In this document: piece after piece, positions 30,058-39,637 of the stretch
Position numbering within the stretch: the stretch's first letter is position 1
Layout of the letters: every line of letters starts with the position of its first letter
NCBI GenBank assembly: GCA_965208675.1
Contig: OZ242351.1
Span: forward strand, 1,568,001 to 1,632,000
Reading direction: 5' to 3'
From: Candidatus Poribacteria bacterium
GTDB lineage: Bacteria; Poribacteria; WGA-4E; PCPOR2b
DNA length: 64,000 bases
Notes under the pieces: model-generated
Seen by the model: only the letters and a program-made list of their open reading frames with translations
What the model was told of the DNA's origin: nothing
The model's database searches: none
Translations under genes and position numbers: made by a program

Positions 30058-30441
30058 ATGATAGGGCGCGTAAAAAAATTTTTACAAGAAATTCGAATTG
30101 AATGGGAAAAGGTGTCCAAACCTGACTGGAAGGATGTCCGTGGGAATACACTCGTCGTAATTGTAGCATGTGCGATTTTAGGGTTTTTCCTGTGGCTTGT
30201 CGATGGAAACGCCGCGTACCCCAATTGGACCTCTGAGATTGGACTGGTTTTGCTCATCGTTTTAGTGCTATTCGTTCCTTTGATTTTGAGACGTTATACA
30301 CCTAAGTGGAAACTATCAATTCCCATTTTGATTCTTCCACTAGTAATTGTTGCGTTTTTCTATTTTGATCCCGATCCTAACCGGGGGGACATTAAAGGAT
30401 TCGGTTTGTCTTTACTTCGCGATCTGTTTATCCGCCGCTAA
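30058..30441 (+). CDS. secE: Preprotein translocase subunit SecE (extended)
   Basis: FLQEIRIEWEKVSKP...TLVVIV...FLWLVD motif; lies between tRNA-Trp and nusG. Confidence 0.85.
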   Translation: MIGRVKKFLQEIRIEWEKVSKPDWKDVRGNTLVVIVACAILGFFLWLVDGNAAYPNWTSEIGLVLLIVLVLFVPLILRRYTPKWKLSIPILILPLVIVAFFYFDPDPNRGDIKGFGLSLLRDLFIRR

Positions 30442-30502
30442 ACATGCGTTTACGCCGTGCTGTGCCGTTCCCACGGTTAACTTTAATGGATAAAAGAAAT
30501 CT

Positions 30503-31066
30503 ATGACCGGCTTCTGGTATATTATCCACATCTATTCTGGGCATGAAAAAAAAGTCAAGGTAAATCTTGAGCAACGAGTACAGGCGGTAGGTTTGGAGGA
30601 GGAAATCCTTCAAGTCATCATTCCGACGAAGGAAGTCGTAGAAGTCAAAAACGGCAAGAAACGGACGTTTGAACGCCCCTCTTATCCAGGATATATACTT
30701 ATCCAAACCGCAAATGAATTAAGGGCAGATGCAGAAATTGAGAGCAGCCAGAAGAGTTGGCATCTGATCCGAGACACGCCCGGCGTGATGAGTTTCGTTG
30801 GATCAAGTTCTCATCCACCGCCGCTTGCTGAAGAAGAGGTGCAAAATGCCCTTAATATTTCAACGGATGAAGAGAGAAGGCGACCTTCTCCGGTGGTGGA
30901 TTATGTCGTTGGAGATAAGGTTAAGGTGATTGATGGGCCATTCAACGAATTCCCCGCGGAGATTCATGGCATTGACGAGGAAAAACAGCGATTACATCTT
31001 ATGATTTCGATTTTTGGTAGAACAACCCCTATAGAACTTGAATTTTTCCAAGTCGAGAAAATTTAG
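30503..31066 (+). CDS. nusG: Transcription termination/antitermination factor NusG
   Basis: WYIIHIYSGHE, YPGYI, TPGV, KOW motif VKVIDGPF and IFGRTTPIEL. Confidence 0.97.
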   Translation: MTGFWYIIHIYSGHEKKVKVNLEQRVQAVGLEEEILQVIIPTKEVVEVKNGKKRTFERPSYPGYILIQTANELRADAEIESSQKSWHLIRDTPGVMSFVGSSSHPPPLAEEEVQNALNISTDEERRRPSPVVDYVVGDKVKVIDGPFNEFPAEIHGIDEEKQRLHLMISIFGRTTPIELEFFQVEKI

Positions 31067-31087
31067 CGTATCTTTGGAGAGATAATA

Positions 31088-31513
31088 ATGGCAAAAAAAA
31101 TTGCGGGCGTTGTTAAACTTCAGCTCGTGTCCGGGCAAGCAACTCCGAACCCGCCTGTTGGTCCGAGCCTTGCGCCATATATGATAAATATTCCAGAGTT
31201 TATCAAATCCTTTAATGCGCAGACTCAAGACCAACAAGGATTGGTTGTTACCACGGTTGTGACCTGTTTCGCAGATCGCTCCTTTAGTTTCGAGGTAAAA
31301 TCACCACCGACCGCGGTGCTATTGAAACAAGCCGCAAGAATTGCGAAAGGATCGGGCGAACCAAACCGCAATAAGGTTGCTTCTGTGACCCCGGAGCAAA
31401 TCAAGGATATTGCGCAAACCAAATTGCCAGATTTGAATACGGTAAGTTTGGAATCTGCAATGCAAATGGTCAGAGGAACCGCCCGGAGTATGGGAATCAC
31501 GATTACGGGATAA
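31088..31513 (+). CDS. rplK: 50S ribosomal protein L11
   Basis: GQATPNPPVGPSL and GTARSMGI. Confidence 0.97.
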   Translation: MAKKIAGVVKLQLVSGQATPNPPVGPSLAPYMINIPEFIKSFNAQTQDQQGLVVTTVVTCFADRSFSFEVKSPPTAVLLKQAARIAKGSGEPNRNKVASVTPEQIKDIAQTKLPDLNTVSLESAMQMVRGTARSMGITITG

Positions 31514-31527
31514 CACGGAGGATAACC

Positions 31528-32226
31528 ATGAAAAAGAGAGGCAAGCGATACCAGGAGATAGCGCAAGCCGTTGACCGCCTTAAGTCTTACGATTTAAATG
31601 AAGCATTACCTTTATTGAAAAAGACGGCAACTTCGAAGTTCGGAGAAACCGTGGATCTGGCTGTGCATCTCGGTGTTGACCCGAGGCACGCTGACCAAAA
31701 TATCCGCGGCACCGTTGCATTGCCCCACGGCACCGGTAAGCAGGTGCATGTAATTGTTTTTGCCGAAGGTGAAAAAGCACGCGAAGCGGAAGACGCAGGC
31801 GCGGATGTCGTCGGTAGTGACGACCTAATTGAACGGATTGCCGGCGGCTGGTTAGAATTCGATGCCGTCGTTGCAACCCCAGATATGATGCGTAGAATTT
31901 CGTCGAAATTGGGGAGGATTCTGGGGCCAAGAGGATTAATGCCTAATCCGAAGGCAGGAACCGTTACAATGGACGTTGCAGAGACCATCGCAAATATCAA
32001 AGCCGGGCAGATTGAATACCGCGTCGAAAAGCAGTCAGGCGTCATTCATGTTCCTGTCGGCAAAAGTTCCTTTGATGAGCATCAGATTCAGGAGAATATA
32101 GAGACGGTCATGAACACATTGATTCGAGCGCGCCCCTCTACAACAAAAGGTAGGTATTTGAAGAGTGTTGCAATTTCATCAACAATGGGCGTTGGAATTC
32201 GCCTGAATCCACAACAATTTAGCTAA
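31528..32226 (+). CDS. rplA: 50S ribosomal protein L1
   Basis: GVDPRHADQNIRG, LGPRGLMPNPK and SSTMG. Confidence 0.97.
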   Translation: MKKRGKRYQEIAQAVDRLKSYDLNEALPLLKKTATSKFGETVDLAVHLGVDPRHADQNIRGTVALPHGTGKQVHVIVFAEGEKAREAEDAGADVVGSDDLIERIAGGWLEFDAVVATPDMMRRISSKLGRILGPRGLMPNPKAGTVTMDVAETIANIKAGQIEYRVEKQSGVIHVPVGKSSFDEHQIQENIETVMNTLIRARPSTTKGRYLKSVAISSTMGVGIRLNPQQFS

Positions 32227-32283
32227 TACTAAATTGCGTTGAAACTCACCGTTCGCGCTCGAAAATTGAATATCGTTTTGAAA

Positions 32284-32344
32284 AGCAGTCGTAGACAGTA
32301 GGTGCAATTTGCTTAAATGAGAAAGCCAGCCTACCGAGGCTTGC
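32284..32344 (+). promoter_or_regulatory. L10 leader (ribosomal protein autoregulatory RNA)
   Basis: GTCGTAGACAGTAGG...TTAA...CCTACCGAGGC matches the L10-leader pattern AGACAGYAGG...CCTRCCGAGG, upstream of rplJ. Confidence 0.8.
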
Positions 32345-32406
32345 ATCGCCATGCAGACGATAGGGATTAGGTCTGAAATAATATGCCTATTGTCGATTTG
32401 GAAATT

Positions 32407-32437
32407 AAGCCTCCAATATGACTGGAGGTTTTTTTTT
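32407..32437 (+). terminator. Attenuator terminator of the L10 leader
   Basis: AAGCCTCCA-ATATGAC-TGGAGGTTTTTTTTT. Confidence 0.8.
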
Positions 32438-32504
32438 GGAAGTCTAAAATTCAACCTTGTATTTTAACAGGCATCAAGCCTGTGGCTACGCGAGAGGATT
32501 TAGA

Positions 32505-33071
32505 ATGCCTAATCAGAAAAATGTCGAACAAGTCGAACAAATCCAGGAGCGTTTTCAGAACTCAGAAGTCATAATCCTGACCGACTTTCAAGGGCTGACA
32601 GTTGCGGAAATTAACGAACTGCGCCGTCAACTGCACGAAAAGGGTATCCAATACAAAGTTTACAAAAATACGTTAATTCGTGTCGCCGCCAAATCGTTGG
32701 GGATTGAGAGTTTAGAATCGTATCTTCATGGTACAACCGCCGTAGCATTAAGCAGTGATCCGGCGATGCCTTCGAAAATCTTTATGGATTTTAGCGAAGA
32801 ACACGAAAACTTAAAGATTAAGGGGGGCATACTCGGAAATAGGGTTATTGACGCCGCAGCGGTCGAGGAACTTGTCAATTTGCCGTCGCGTGACCAGTTG
32901 ATTGCTCGTGCGGTCGGTGGTTTAAAGTCGCCAATATCCGGCTTAATGTCCGTTTTACATCATGGTTCACCCTTGACAGGGCTGGTGAATGTATTGAATG
33001 GTTCGATTCAACAAGTGACAACTGTTTTACAGGCAATTGCCGATCAGAAAAAAGAAGCCGAACAGGCATAA
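32505..33071 (+). CDS. rplJ: 50S ribosomal protein L10
   Basis: DFQGLTVAEINELR, KNTL and LPSRDQL. ATG at 32505 follows GAGG. Confidence 0.96.
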   Translation: MPNQKNVEQVEQIQERFQNSEVIILTDFQGLTVAEINELRRQLHEKGIQYKVYKNTLIRVAAKSLGIESLESYLHGTTAVALSSDPAMPSKIFMDFSEEHENLKIKGGILGNRVIDAAAVEELVNLPSRDQLIARAVGGLKSPISGLMSVLHHGSPLTGLVNVLNGSIQQVTTVLQAIADQKKEAEQA

Positions 33072-33104
33072 ATTTTAATTGATGATAAAGGAAGGAATTC
33101 AACA

Positions 33105-33503
33105 ATGGCTGATGTTGAAAAACTGATTGACGAAATCAGTAATATGACGGTTCTGGAACTTTCGGAACTAGTGAAGGCTTTAGAAGATAAATTTGGTGTC
33201 AGCGCGGCTGCGCCGATGATGGTGGCAGGTACAGCTGCGCCGGCGGGAACAGCGGAAGGGCCTGCTGCCGATGACGATCCGGAAGAGGAGCAAACAGAGT
33301 TTAACGTACAGTTGAAAGAAATCGGGCCGAACAAGATTCCCGTTATCAAAGAGGTGCGGGCTATCTCCGGGCTTGGCTTAAAAGAGGCTAAAGAGAAGGT
33401 TGAATCGGTGCCGACCGTTATCCAAGAAGGCGTCAACAAAGAGGATGCCGAGAAATTTAAAGCCCAGTTGGAAGCAGTCGGTGCAGTTGTAGAAATTCTC
33501 TAA
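33105..33503 (+). CDS. rplL: 50S ribosomal protein L7/L12
   Basis: [26 protein letters not shown] and GLGLKEAK. Confidence 0.97.
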   Translation: MADVEKLIDEISNMTVLELSELVKALEDKFGVSAAAPMMVAGTAAPAGTAEGPAADDDPEEEQTEFNVQLKEIGPNKIPVIKEVRAISGLGLKEAKEKVESVPTVIQEGVNKEDAEKFKAQLEAVGAVVEIL

Positions 33504-33638
33504 ATATAATTTTCTCAATAAGAACCTTAACCCAATAGGAAGTAAAACCGTCGAGAATCGCGGGTTTGATTCGCGTTCGACACTTTGAATTCGCTTCTTA
33601 TTGGGTTTTCTTTTACGTATGGTGTCGGTGCACCCACG

Positions 33639-34472
33639 ATGATTCACATTTTTTATCTTGTTTTTAGCCAATTGGCAGTCGGTGGTTTGGGGTTGCTGCT
33701 TATTATTCCCAAGGGTTTAGTTGGGCGCGGCTTTTACAGGCTGATGGGATCAATTTATCTCTTAGTCATGATCTTAACTCGTTTTGCTAACCTTGCGATT
33801 AACCGTCAACCAATCAGCCTGAAAAACTTCGTCTTCTCATGGAACGGACACGATTCTGCGTTCGTCGCCGCCTTCTTGTTTCTGACTTTAATCTACACAA
33901 TTAGCCTATGGATGAAATCTCAATTCATTAGTCGAGGACTCTTATTCATTGGGACAATTTTGGGGCTCACGTGGATTGTGTACAGCGCTCAAGGCTACCT
34001 AGATAAAATCGATCTCCCGGCGGAGGCATTTCTGTTGCCCTTTCAATTTGTGGTTTCATCCGTGCTGCTTGGTGCGGTCAATAGCGGCATGTGGTTTGGA
34101 CATTGGTATCTCGTTACTCCGCGTCTACCTGTCGTTTATTTAAAGAGATTCAATCTTATCTTTCTTGTTTCACTCGGCATTTCAATTGCCCTATTTGCAC
34201 TAAACCTATTTCTTAGATGGCAATCTGAGAATGCAATTCCGCTAACCCCATTTCATCATATTGTTTTTAGTCTCAGGCTGCTGGTTGGATTCGGCGGATC
34301 TGTCACACTGTATTTCATAACGTGGTACTGCCTGCGCGAAAAAGCGGTGGAACACGATGCTGTCGGTGCAACACGGGCTGCGACAGGATTTCTTTACATC
34401 GCTATGTTGACCGTGTTCACAGGTGAACTTTGTGGACGGCTGCTGTGTTTGGAAATTGGGTTTATATTGTGA
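33639..34472 (+). CDS. Uncharacterised polytopic membrane protein (about 8 TM, GHWYL motif)
   Basis: Multiple hydrophobic helices; GMWFGHWYLVTP and AATGFLYIA. Confidence 0.75.
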   Translation: MIHIFYLVFSQLAVGGLGLLLIIPKGLVGRGFYRLMGSIYLLVMILTRFANLAINRQPISLKNFVFSWNGHDSAFVAAFLFLTLIYTISLWMKSQFISRGLLFIGTILGLTWIVYSAQGYLDKIDLPAEAFLLPFQFVVSSVLLGAVNSGMWFGHWYLVTPRLPVVYLKRFNLIFLVSLGISIALFALNLFLRWQSENAIPLTPFHHIVFSLRLLVGFGGSVTLYFITWYCLREKAVEHDAVGATRAATGFLYIAMLTVFTGELCGRLLCLEIGFIL

Positions 34473-34512
34473 TTGGGTGGAGGGATTAAACCTTGGATGG
34501 AGTCGGAATGGA

Positions 34513-36102
34513 TTACGGCAGAGATTTTTTTAGTGTGGCATCTAGCTTGTGCAGAGCAGCATCTTTCACGGTGGGATTTGATTTGTATCGATAGTAATGG
34601 TTGAGTACTTTGCTTACATGCCGTTCGGTTTGGCGCTTTAACGGGACATCTCTTTTTACGCGGCCAGGGCCGGCATTGTATGCGGCGAGTGCAAGCGCGT
34701 GGTTGCCATCGTACTTTTTTAACATACGGTTCAGATACTTAACGCCGGCTTCTAAGTTTTTGCGTGGATTAAAGCGTTCATCCGTTTGCGCATTTTGTGA
34801 TGGCTTTCGCGGATTCCGATAATTTGGCACTTTCAACCCAAGTTCCCGAGCCGTGAAAGACATCAACTGTGTAAGTCCAACTGCCCCTGACCTCGAAATT
34901 GCATTCGGCTGGAAGTTTGATTCTACCCGCACCATGGCAAGAACAAGTTCAAGCTCGACGCCGTAAAGATTCGCAATCTTAACGGTTGAAGAAGTATCAT
35001 TGGTCACACTGACAATTACTGGTTGCCGCTTTTTCTCTTGGGGAATTTCGTCGCGGCGTTCTGTGTCGTGGGACTCTACGTGGGCGGAGGATTGATTTTT
35101 GTAAGAGGTGGGTTTATCAGTGCTGGCGATGGGTTGATCGATTTTGGTTTTCGGGAGAGGGCCAAATGTAGCGCCGACGGAAAGAACGTGTTTGTATTCC
35201 AGACTAGGTTGAGCCAAGTAAGCATAGTGAATTAGTTTGCCCCAGCGGCTAATTGTAAGACCCAAACTCCAATTTAACGGTTGCTCCGGGGTTCTAAAAT
35301 CAATTGCCGATCCCAACCGAAAAGCGACGCCGTGCGCCCCCGTTTCCGCTCCCGCCTTAAACTTCCGTGCCGTCGCGTCCAGCATGCTATTCAACTGCAA
35401 ATGCTTGAGGGGGGTCCACGACGCACCCAAGGCAAACTGCGTATCATAAGTCTCAAGAACTTTTCCATTTCCGTCCGGAATCTTTACACCCGCAATGTCA
35501 AACCCGCTTGCGCCTATTATGAGATGCGGGGAAATGTTCACGATTAATCCCAAGTCATAATTCTGTTTCCATCGACTGCCGTGGTAGGGTGCGCGCCGAT
35601 ACCCGATGTTTCCCCCAATCATCCAATTTGCGTTCAACGATCTCGCATAGGACAGGATGGCTTGATTACGCCCTCTCTCGAACGTCCCGATTGGGTTGTT
35701 CGGATGGTCAAATAAGAAACGATCGTCACCCTTCAGATCCAGCAGGCTGAAACCAAACGTCCCAACGTTTTGATGAATTGGATACCCAACAGAAAATGCG
35801 CCCTGAGAGAGATCGTAGATAAAGTTCCCCTGTTGCAGGCTCGCAATTCCCGCCGGATTCCATAACGCCCCAGATGAATCATCTACGCTGCTGATATAGG
35901 CGCCGCCCATCCCCAATGCCCGGGCTCCGATTTCAGGACGATCCGCGGCCACGGCGAATGAAGCGAACCATAGCGCTATGAGCGCGGCGCCAACCGTGAA
36001 ATGATGGCAACGCTTATGACAACTGAATGTAGCGAGCGCTATCCACGCTCTTGCCTTTCCACCGAATTTCAAAATGTAGATGAGGACCTGTTGCATGCCC
36101 AC
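34513..36102 (-). CDS. PorV/UPF0164-like beta-barrel fused to a C-terminal lytic transglycosylase (SLT)
   Basis: N-terminal GARALGMGGAY...WNPAG; C-terminal VESNFQPNAISRSGAVGLTQLM and ALAAYNAG. The start is uncertain because of an 89-nt overlap with the upstream gene. Confidence 0.78.
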   Translation of the reverse strand: MGMQQVLIYILKFGGKARAWIALATFSCHKRCHHFTVGAALIALWFASFAVAADRPEIGARALGMGGAYISSVDDSSGALWNPAGIASLQQGNFIYDLSQGAFSVGYPIHQNVGTFGFSLLDLKGDDRFLFDHPNNPIGTFERGRNQAILSYARSLNANWMIGGNIGYRRAPYHGSRWKQNYDLGLIVNISPHLIIGASGFDIAGVKIPDGNGKVLETYDTQFALGASWTPLKHLQLNSMLDATARKFKAGAETGAHGVAFRLGSAIDFRTPEQPLNWSLGLTISRWGKLIHYAYLAQPSLEYKHVLSVGATFGPLPKTKIDQPIASTDKPTSYKNQSSAHVESHDTERRDEIPQEKKRQPVIVSVTNDTSSTVKIANLYGVELELVLAMVRVESNFQPNAISRSGAVGLTQLMSFTARELGLKVPNYRNPRKPSQNAQTDERFNPRKNLEAGVKYLNRMLKKYDGNHALALAAYNAGPGRVKRDVPLKRQTERHVSKVLNHYYRYKSNPTVKDAALHKLDATLKKSLP

Positions 36103-36862
36103 TACTCCCGCTTAACCCGATAAACTGTCCGCGTTTCACTCTCTGACCGGTTTTTACTCGAATGGCTGACAGGTGTCCATACCATGTTGAATATCCGCCC
36201 GTATGTTCGATGACAACGATTCGCCCATATCCACCGTCCCATTTTGCTCGAACGACTCTCCCGCTTTTGGAGGCGTAGACACGTGTTCTCGGTTTGGCTC
36301 GGAAATCCGTGCCGTGGTGGAACCTCAACCTTTTACTAATGGGGTGGCGGCGGTAACCGTAATTGGAAGTAACCGTCAAGCGCGTGCGCAATGGGGCTCT
36401 GAAACCGATTGCATGAGGACCGGGGATGAATAGCTTCTGCTTAGGCCGAATCAGGTGCGGAGATCGCAACTTGGGATTTGCGCTTCTTATGCTTGGCCAC
36501 GAAACGTTGTGTTTGCGTGCAATCTCGGATAATGTGTCCCCTTGCTTAACTTTATACCAAGTGCCATCTTGTCTTTGGGAGGGCGCGACTCGGGGAATGA
36601 ATAACTTTTTTCCAATGGGCAGGCGGCGTGCAGAAGGAATTCGGTTGTTGCTGAAAATGGACCGGACGGACACATTGTATTTTTTCGCAATGCCCGATAC
36701 GGTATCACCTTTACGTACCCGATGGTACAAACCCCATGCCTGAGATGCGGCTGCTAATGTTGTTTCTGTCACAAGAAAGAAAATCAAGATGGCTACGATT
36801 GCGTTTTTAAACGAAAAACGAGATCGTAAATATTGACCGGCACTCGGTGAACACTCTTGCAT
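36014..36862 (-). CDS. LysM-LysM-M23 peptidoglycan endopeptidase
   Basis: Two LysM repeats (VRKGDTVSGIA, VKQGDTLSEIA), HHGTD, YGHL and TGPHLHFE. Confidence 0.92.
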   Translation of the reverse strand: MQECSPSAGQYLRSRFSFKNAIVAILIFFLVTETTLAAASQAWGLYHRVRKGDTVSGIAKKYNVSVRSIFSNNRIPSARRLPIGKKLFIPRVAPSQRQDGTWYKVKQGDTLSEIARKHNVSWPSIRSANPKLRSPHLIRPKQKLFIPGPHAIGFRAPLRTRLTVTSNYGYRRHPISKRLRFHHGTDFRAKPRTRVYASKSGRVVRAKWDGGYGRIVVIEHTGGYSTWYGHLSAIRVKTGQRVKRGQFIGLSGSSGHATGPHLHFEIRWKGKSVDSARYIQLS

Positions 36863-37028
36863 CTAATACTCCTTGCATAACGGTATGTTTATGACAAATA
36901 TCGTATGTTGAGACTCCCGGCGCGATTTTGGGATATGCGGGCGGCACTAAATCTCTAAAAGATTCAGTGGGAGGATGTCTCGCTCTCCCGCAAAACAAAT
37001 ACGTCGTCTATACAAAAACTTTCGGAAA

Positions 37029-37517
37029 TCAACTCGGTGTGACTGTTAACAATATCGTTTTGGTATCTGTAAGCACTTCGGTATCAGTATCAACGCCTGA
37101 TTCCTTAACCGAAATGACTTGGCTCACTCCTGTGGCAATCAGTTGTATGACTTCAACCTTGACTTCAAGCGAATCCAAAGACTGAGGCGCTGTCCAGAGC
37201 GCGCTGTGTTGATTAACAACTGAAAGTTCCCCGTAACCTGTTACGTTCACCCAATTGAGTATTAGGTTTGTTCCTCGAATCCCGTCAACGGTCGCCTTCA
37301 GGTTGACCGCCTCTCCCATCTGTACAGTGGTTTTGCTCACCTCAACAGCAACGTTGAGTGATTGGCTTTTTTCGTCCACCTGCGCCAAATTATCGGTATC
37401 TTCCTCCGTTTCCTGCACTGGATTCTGAATGCTACTGCCGCCGCAACCAACCAGCCATAAGACGATTCCCAATAACAGGATTTGTGAACATATCGGTTGT
37501 TTGCATAATGTTATCAT
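37029..37517 (-). CDS. Putative lipoprotein with Ig-like domain
   Basis: Lipobox LVGC, AGGAG RBS and a beta-rich body. Confidence 0.7.
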   Translation of the reverse strand: MITLCKQPICSQILLLGIVLWLVGCGGSSIQNPVQETEEDTDNLAQVDEKSQSLNVAVEVSKTTVQMGEAVNLKATVDGIRGTNLILNWVNVTGYGELSVVNQHSALWTAPQSLDSLEVKVEVIQLIATGVSQVISVKESGVDTDTEVLTDTKTILLTVTPS

Positions 37518-37669
37518 TGTTCTCTCCTTGAGCGCGAAACGCGAATGATTAAGATGTATTAAAAAAACGTCCCAATGATTCGTAAAGTTTCAATAAGACG
37601 CAGAGAGAACTCCTGTAAAATGTCAATCCTTCTAGCGGTTGCTTCGTACTCATGTGCAGAAATAAAAGG

Positions 37670-38347
37670 TCAAGTACGCTTTACACAATAAACCGAAATG
37701 GTTGACAGGCGTTCTTCCGGAAACGCAAGGTAAACCTGTTTTTCATACGAAAAACCACAAAACTCAAGTAGTCTCAAGAACCCGGCAGTGTTGCTTCGGC
37801 TCGGTTCCGAAATCATGGCTTCACCGTCCGCAGCGAGATACTTCTGTAACAGAGCGACGACGGATTGCCAGTTTTTTTCCTCGTAGATTACATCTGAAGC
37901 TAGGATGAATGAAAATTTTCCACTCACACACGGTGCGTTCCAGTCCATTTGGGCGAAGGCCGCTCTGTCTTCACACCCATGCTGCCAAACATTATAACGA
38001 GCTAACAGCAGTGCGTCAATTTCACAATCGGTAAATAGTACCTTGCCGCCCTGCTGGCATCCCACAATTCCCGCGAGACCGAATCCACAGCCGACCTCCA
38101 AGATTCGCTGCCCCGCTAATCTCGCGTCGAGATGAAGGTGGTGCGCCAAACCGATTGATGAAGACCACAGATAAATCCAATAAGGTAGATGTAGTGTTCC
38201 GTTATGGTCCTCTCTACTTAATGTCTCAAGAAACGAATCAGGTTCCTCTACCACGGTCATAGCAATCTCCCGAGAGGGAAGTTGGATGATTCGTTCAGTT
38301 AAGGGATAACGGCGTGCAATGTTTCGGAGAAAATCGCGATTCTGCAT
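37670..38347 (-). CDS. Class I SAM-dependent methyltransferase (Methyltransf_16 / protein-lysine MTase-like)
   Basis: PYWIYLWSSS, LEVGCGFG and ASDVIYE. Confidence 0.85.
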   Translation of the reverse strand: MQNRDFLRNIARRYPLTERIIQLPSREIAMTVVEEPDSFLETLSREDHNGTLHLPYWIYLWSSSIGLAHHLHLDARLAGQRILEVGCGFGLAGIVGCQQGGKVLFTDCEIDALLLARYNVWQHGCEDRAAFAQMDWNAPCVSGKFSFILASDVIYEEKNWQSVVALLQKYLAADGEAMISEPSRSNTAGFLRLLEFCGFSYEKQVYLAFPEERLSTISVYCVKRT

Positions 38348-38568
38348 AACCGTAGAATGGAAGGCGCTGAAATGCAGCTCGATGGCAACTTGGAATAGCG
38401 TGAAAATTCTTCCCTTTGACTTTTCGTGCTCGATCCAAAATTCCGGCGAATTCTCCTTCGTTCACCGCAGAATCCATCCGGCGCTCATCAGGAAAATTGC
38501 TATTCAGCCAATCATGCACCTATTCCGTGCAATCCGATGCTTGATGCTTCGCTCCAAAGTGACACTCT

Positions 38569-39240
38569 CTATGCGAAGGCGAAGACGCGCGTCGGAGCGC
38601 CGGAACTACGTACTAATTTCAGCGGCGCTATCACGACGAAAAAATTTGCGGGTGCAAGGCTCAGGTTGCACAGATCTTCCACTTGCGGAACACCTGCACC
38701 GAGAAAGGTGTGATGGGCGGGAAACTCCTCTGTTTGGTGTCCGGACATGGAATCAATGCTGCACGCGTCCGTACCAATAACCTTTATGCCTTTCTCAATG
38801 AGCAGTTCAGCGGCATCGCCGCCAAAGCCGATCCACTTACGATTGAAGATGTCCTGAAATGCATATCTGTCCATTCCCGTTCGCATAAATACAATGCTTC
38901 CCGGAGAAATATCGCCGTTCCTAGCCATCCAAGAATTAACATCTTCCGCATTTACGGCATCTCCCGGTTGCTTGGAATCAGAAAAATCCATCAGGACAGC
39001 ATGGCCCGTCAAATTTTCTTGAGGGATTTCGGCGATTGTATACCCATCGGCATACATCAGGCACGGAACGTCGATATGCGTGGAATAGTGGCCGGATAAG
39101 TCAACGCGGCTCTCAAAGTAACCGTCCTTCTCCATTGTTGCTGTGTCGTAAATTCTGGCAGGCTGGATTGGGAGTTCCCGCGGACTGTCTTCATCGACTG
39201 GGTAGGACAGATCGATGACGTTCTGAAAATTGATTTGCAT
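38569..39240 (-). CDS. Cyclase family metal-dependent hydrolase (kynurenine formamidase-like)
   Basis: HYSTHIDVP (variant of HxGTHxDxP), GTDACSID and GAPTRVFA. Confidence 0.88.
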   Translation of the reverse strand: MQINFQNVIDLSYPVDEDSPRELPIQPARIYDTATMEKDGYFESRVDLSGHYSTHIDVPCLMYADGYTIAEIPQENLTGHAVLMDFSDSKQPGDAVNAEDVNSWMARNGDISPGSIVFMRTGMDRYAFQDIFNRKWIGFGGDAAELLIEKGIKVIGTDACSIDSMSGHQTEEFPAHHTFLGAGVPQVEDLCNLSLAPANFFVVIAPLKLVRSSGAPTRVFAFA

Positions 39241-39492
39241 TTCTACTGGTACTCTACATTTATCAGCGTTTTCTCTTAAACAATTCGGTAGATTATAGCA
39301 CTGTATTGCTCTAAAATCAAGTCTGAAATCGCAATAAATTTAAATGCGGAGGTACTCTTTTCGGTTTTAGGAATCTCGAAGCGGAAGAACCCATAATTCA
39401 AAATTCGCCTATTGGTGTTCGATGTTTCGTCAACCGCCGCAAATTCAGATTCAGTGCATAATCGTCGGCGGCCCATCGCGCGTATTTCGCAC

Positions 39493-39521
39493 TTGACGGT
39501 CATTTTCGGTCATGATAAAAT
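39493..39521 (+). promoter_or_regulatory. Sigma70-type promoter
   Basis: TTGACG-17 nt-TAAAAT upstream of the Gfo/Idh/MocA gene. Confidence 0.55.
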
Positions 39522-39637
39522 TCGGCTCTCTCTGCACACTGTCAAGTATACGGGCGGACTGAGAATCTAAATCCACGCGCGCATCTTTAAACATGAATTA
39601 AACTGGTGGTTGATGTAAATGAGGAGGAATCACGTTC

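Noticed and set aside
38295-38519. 74-aa ORF between the cyclase and methyltransferase genes
   Set aside because: No recognisable motif or RBS, and it overlaps the methyltransferase start.
39276-39503. 75-aa intergenic ORF
   Set aside because: It lies in a divergent promoter region with no RBS or motif support.
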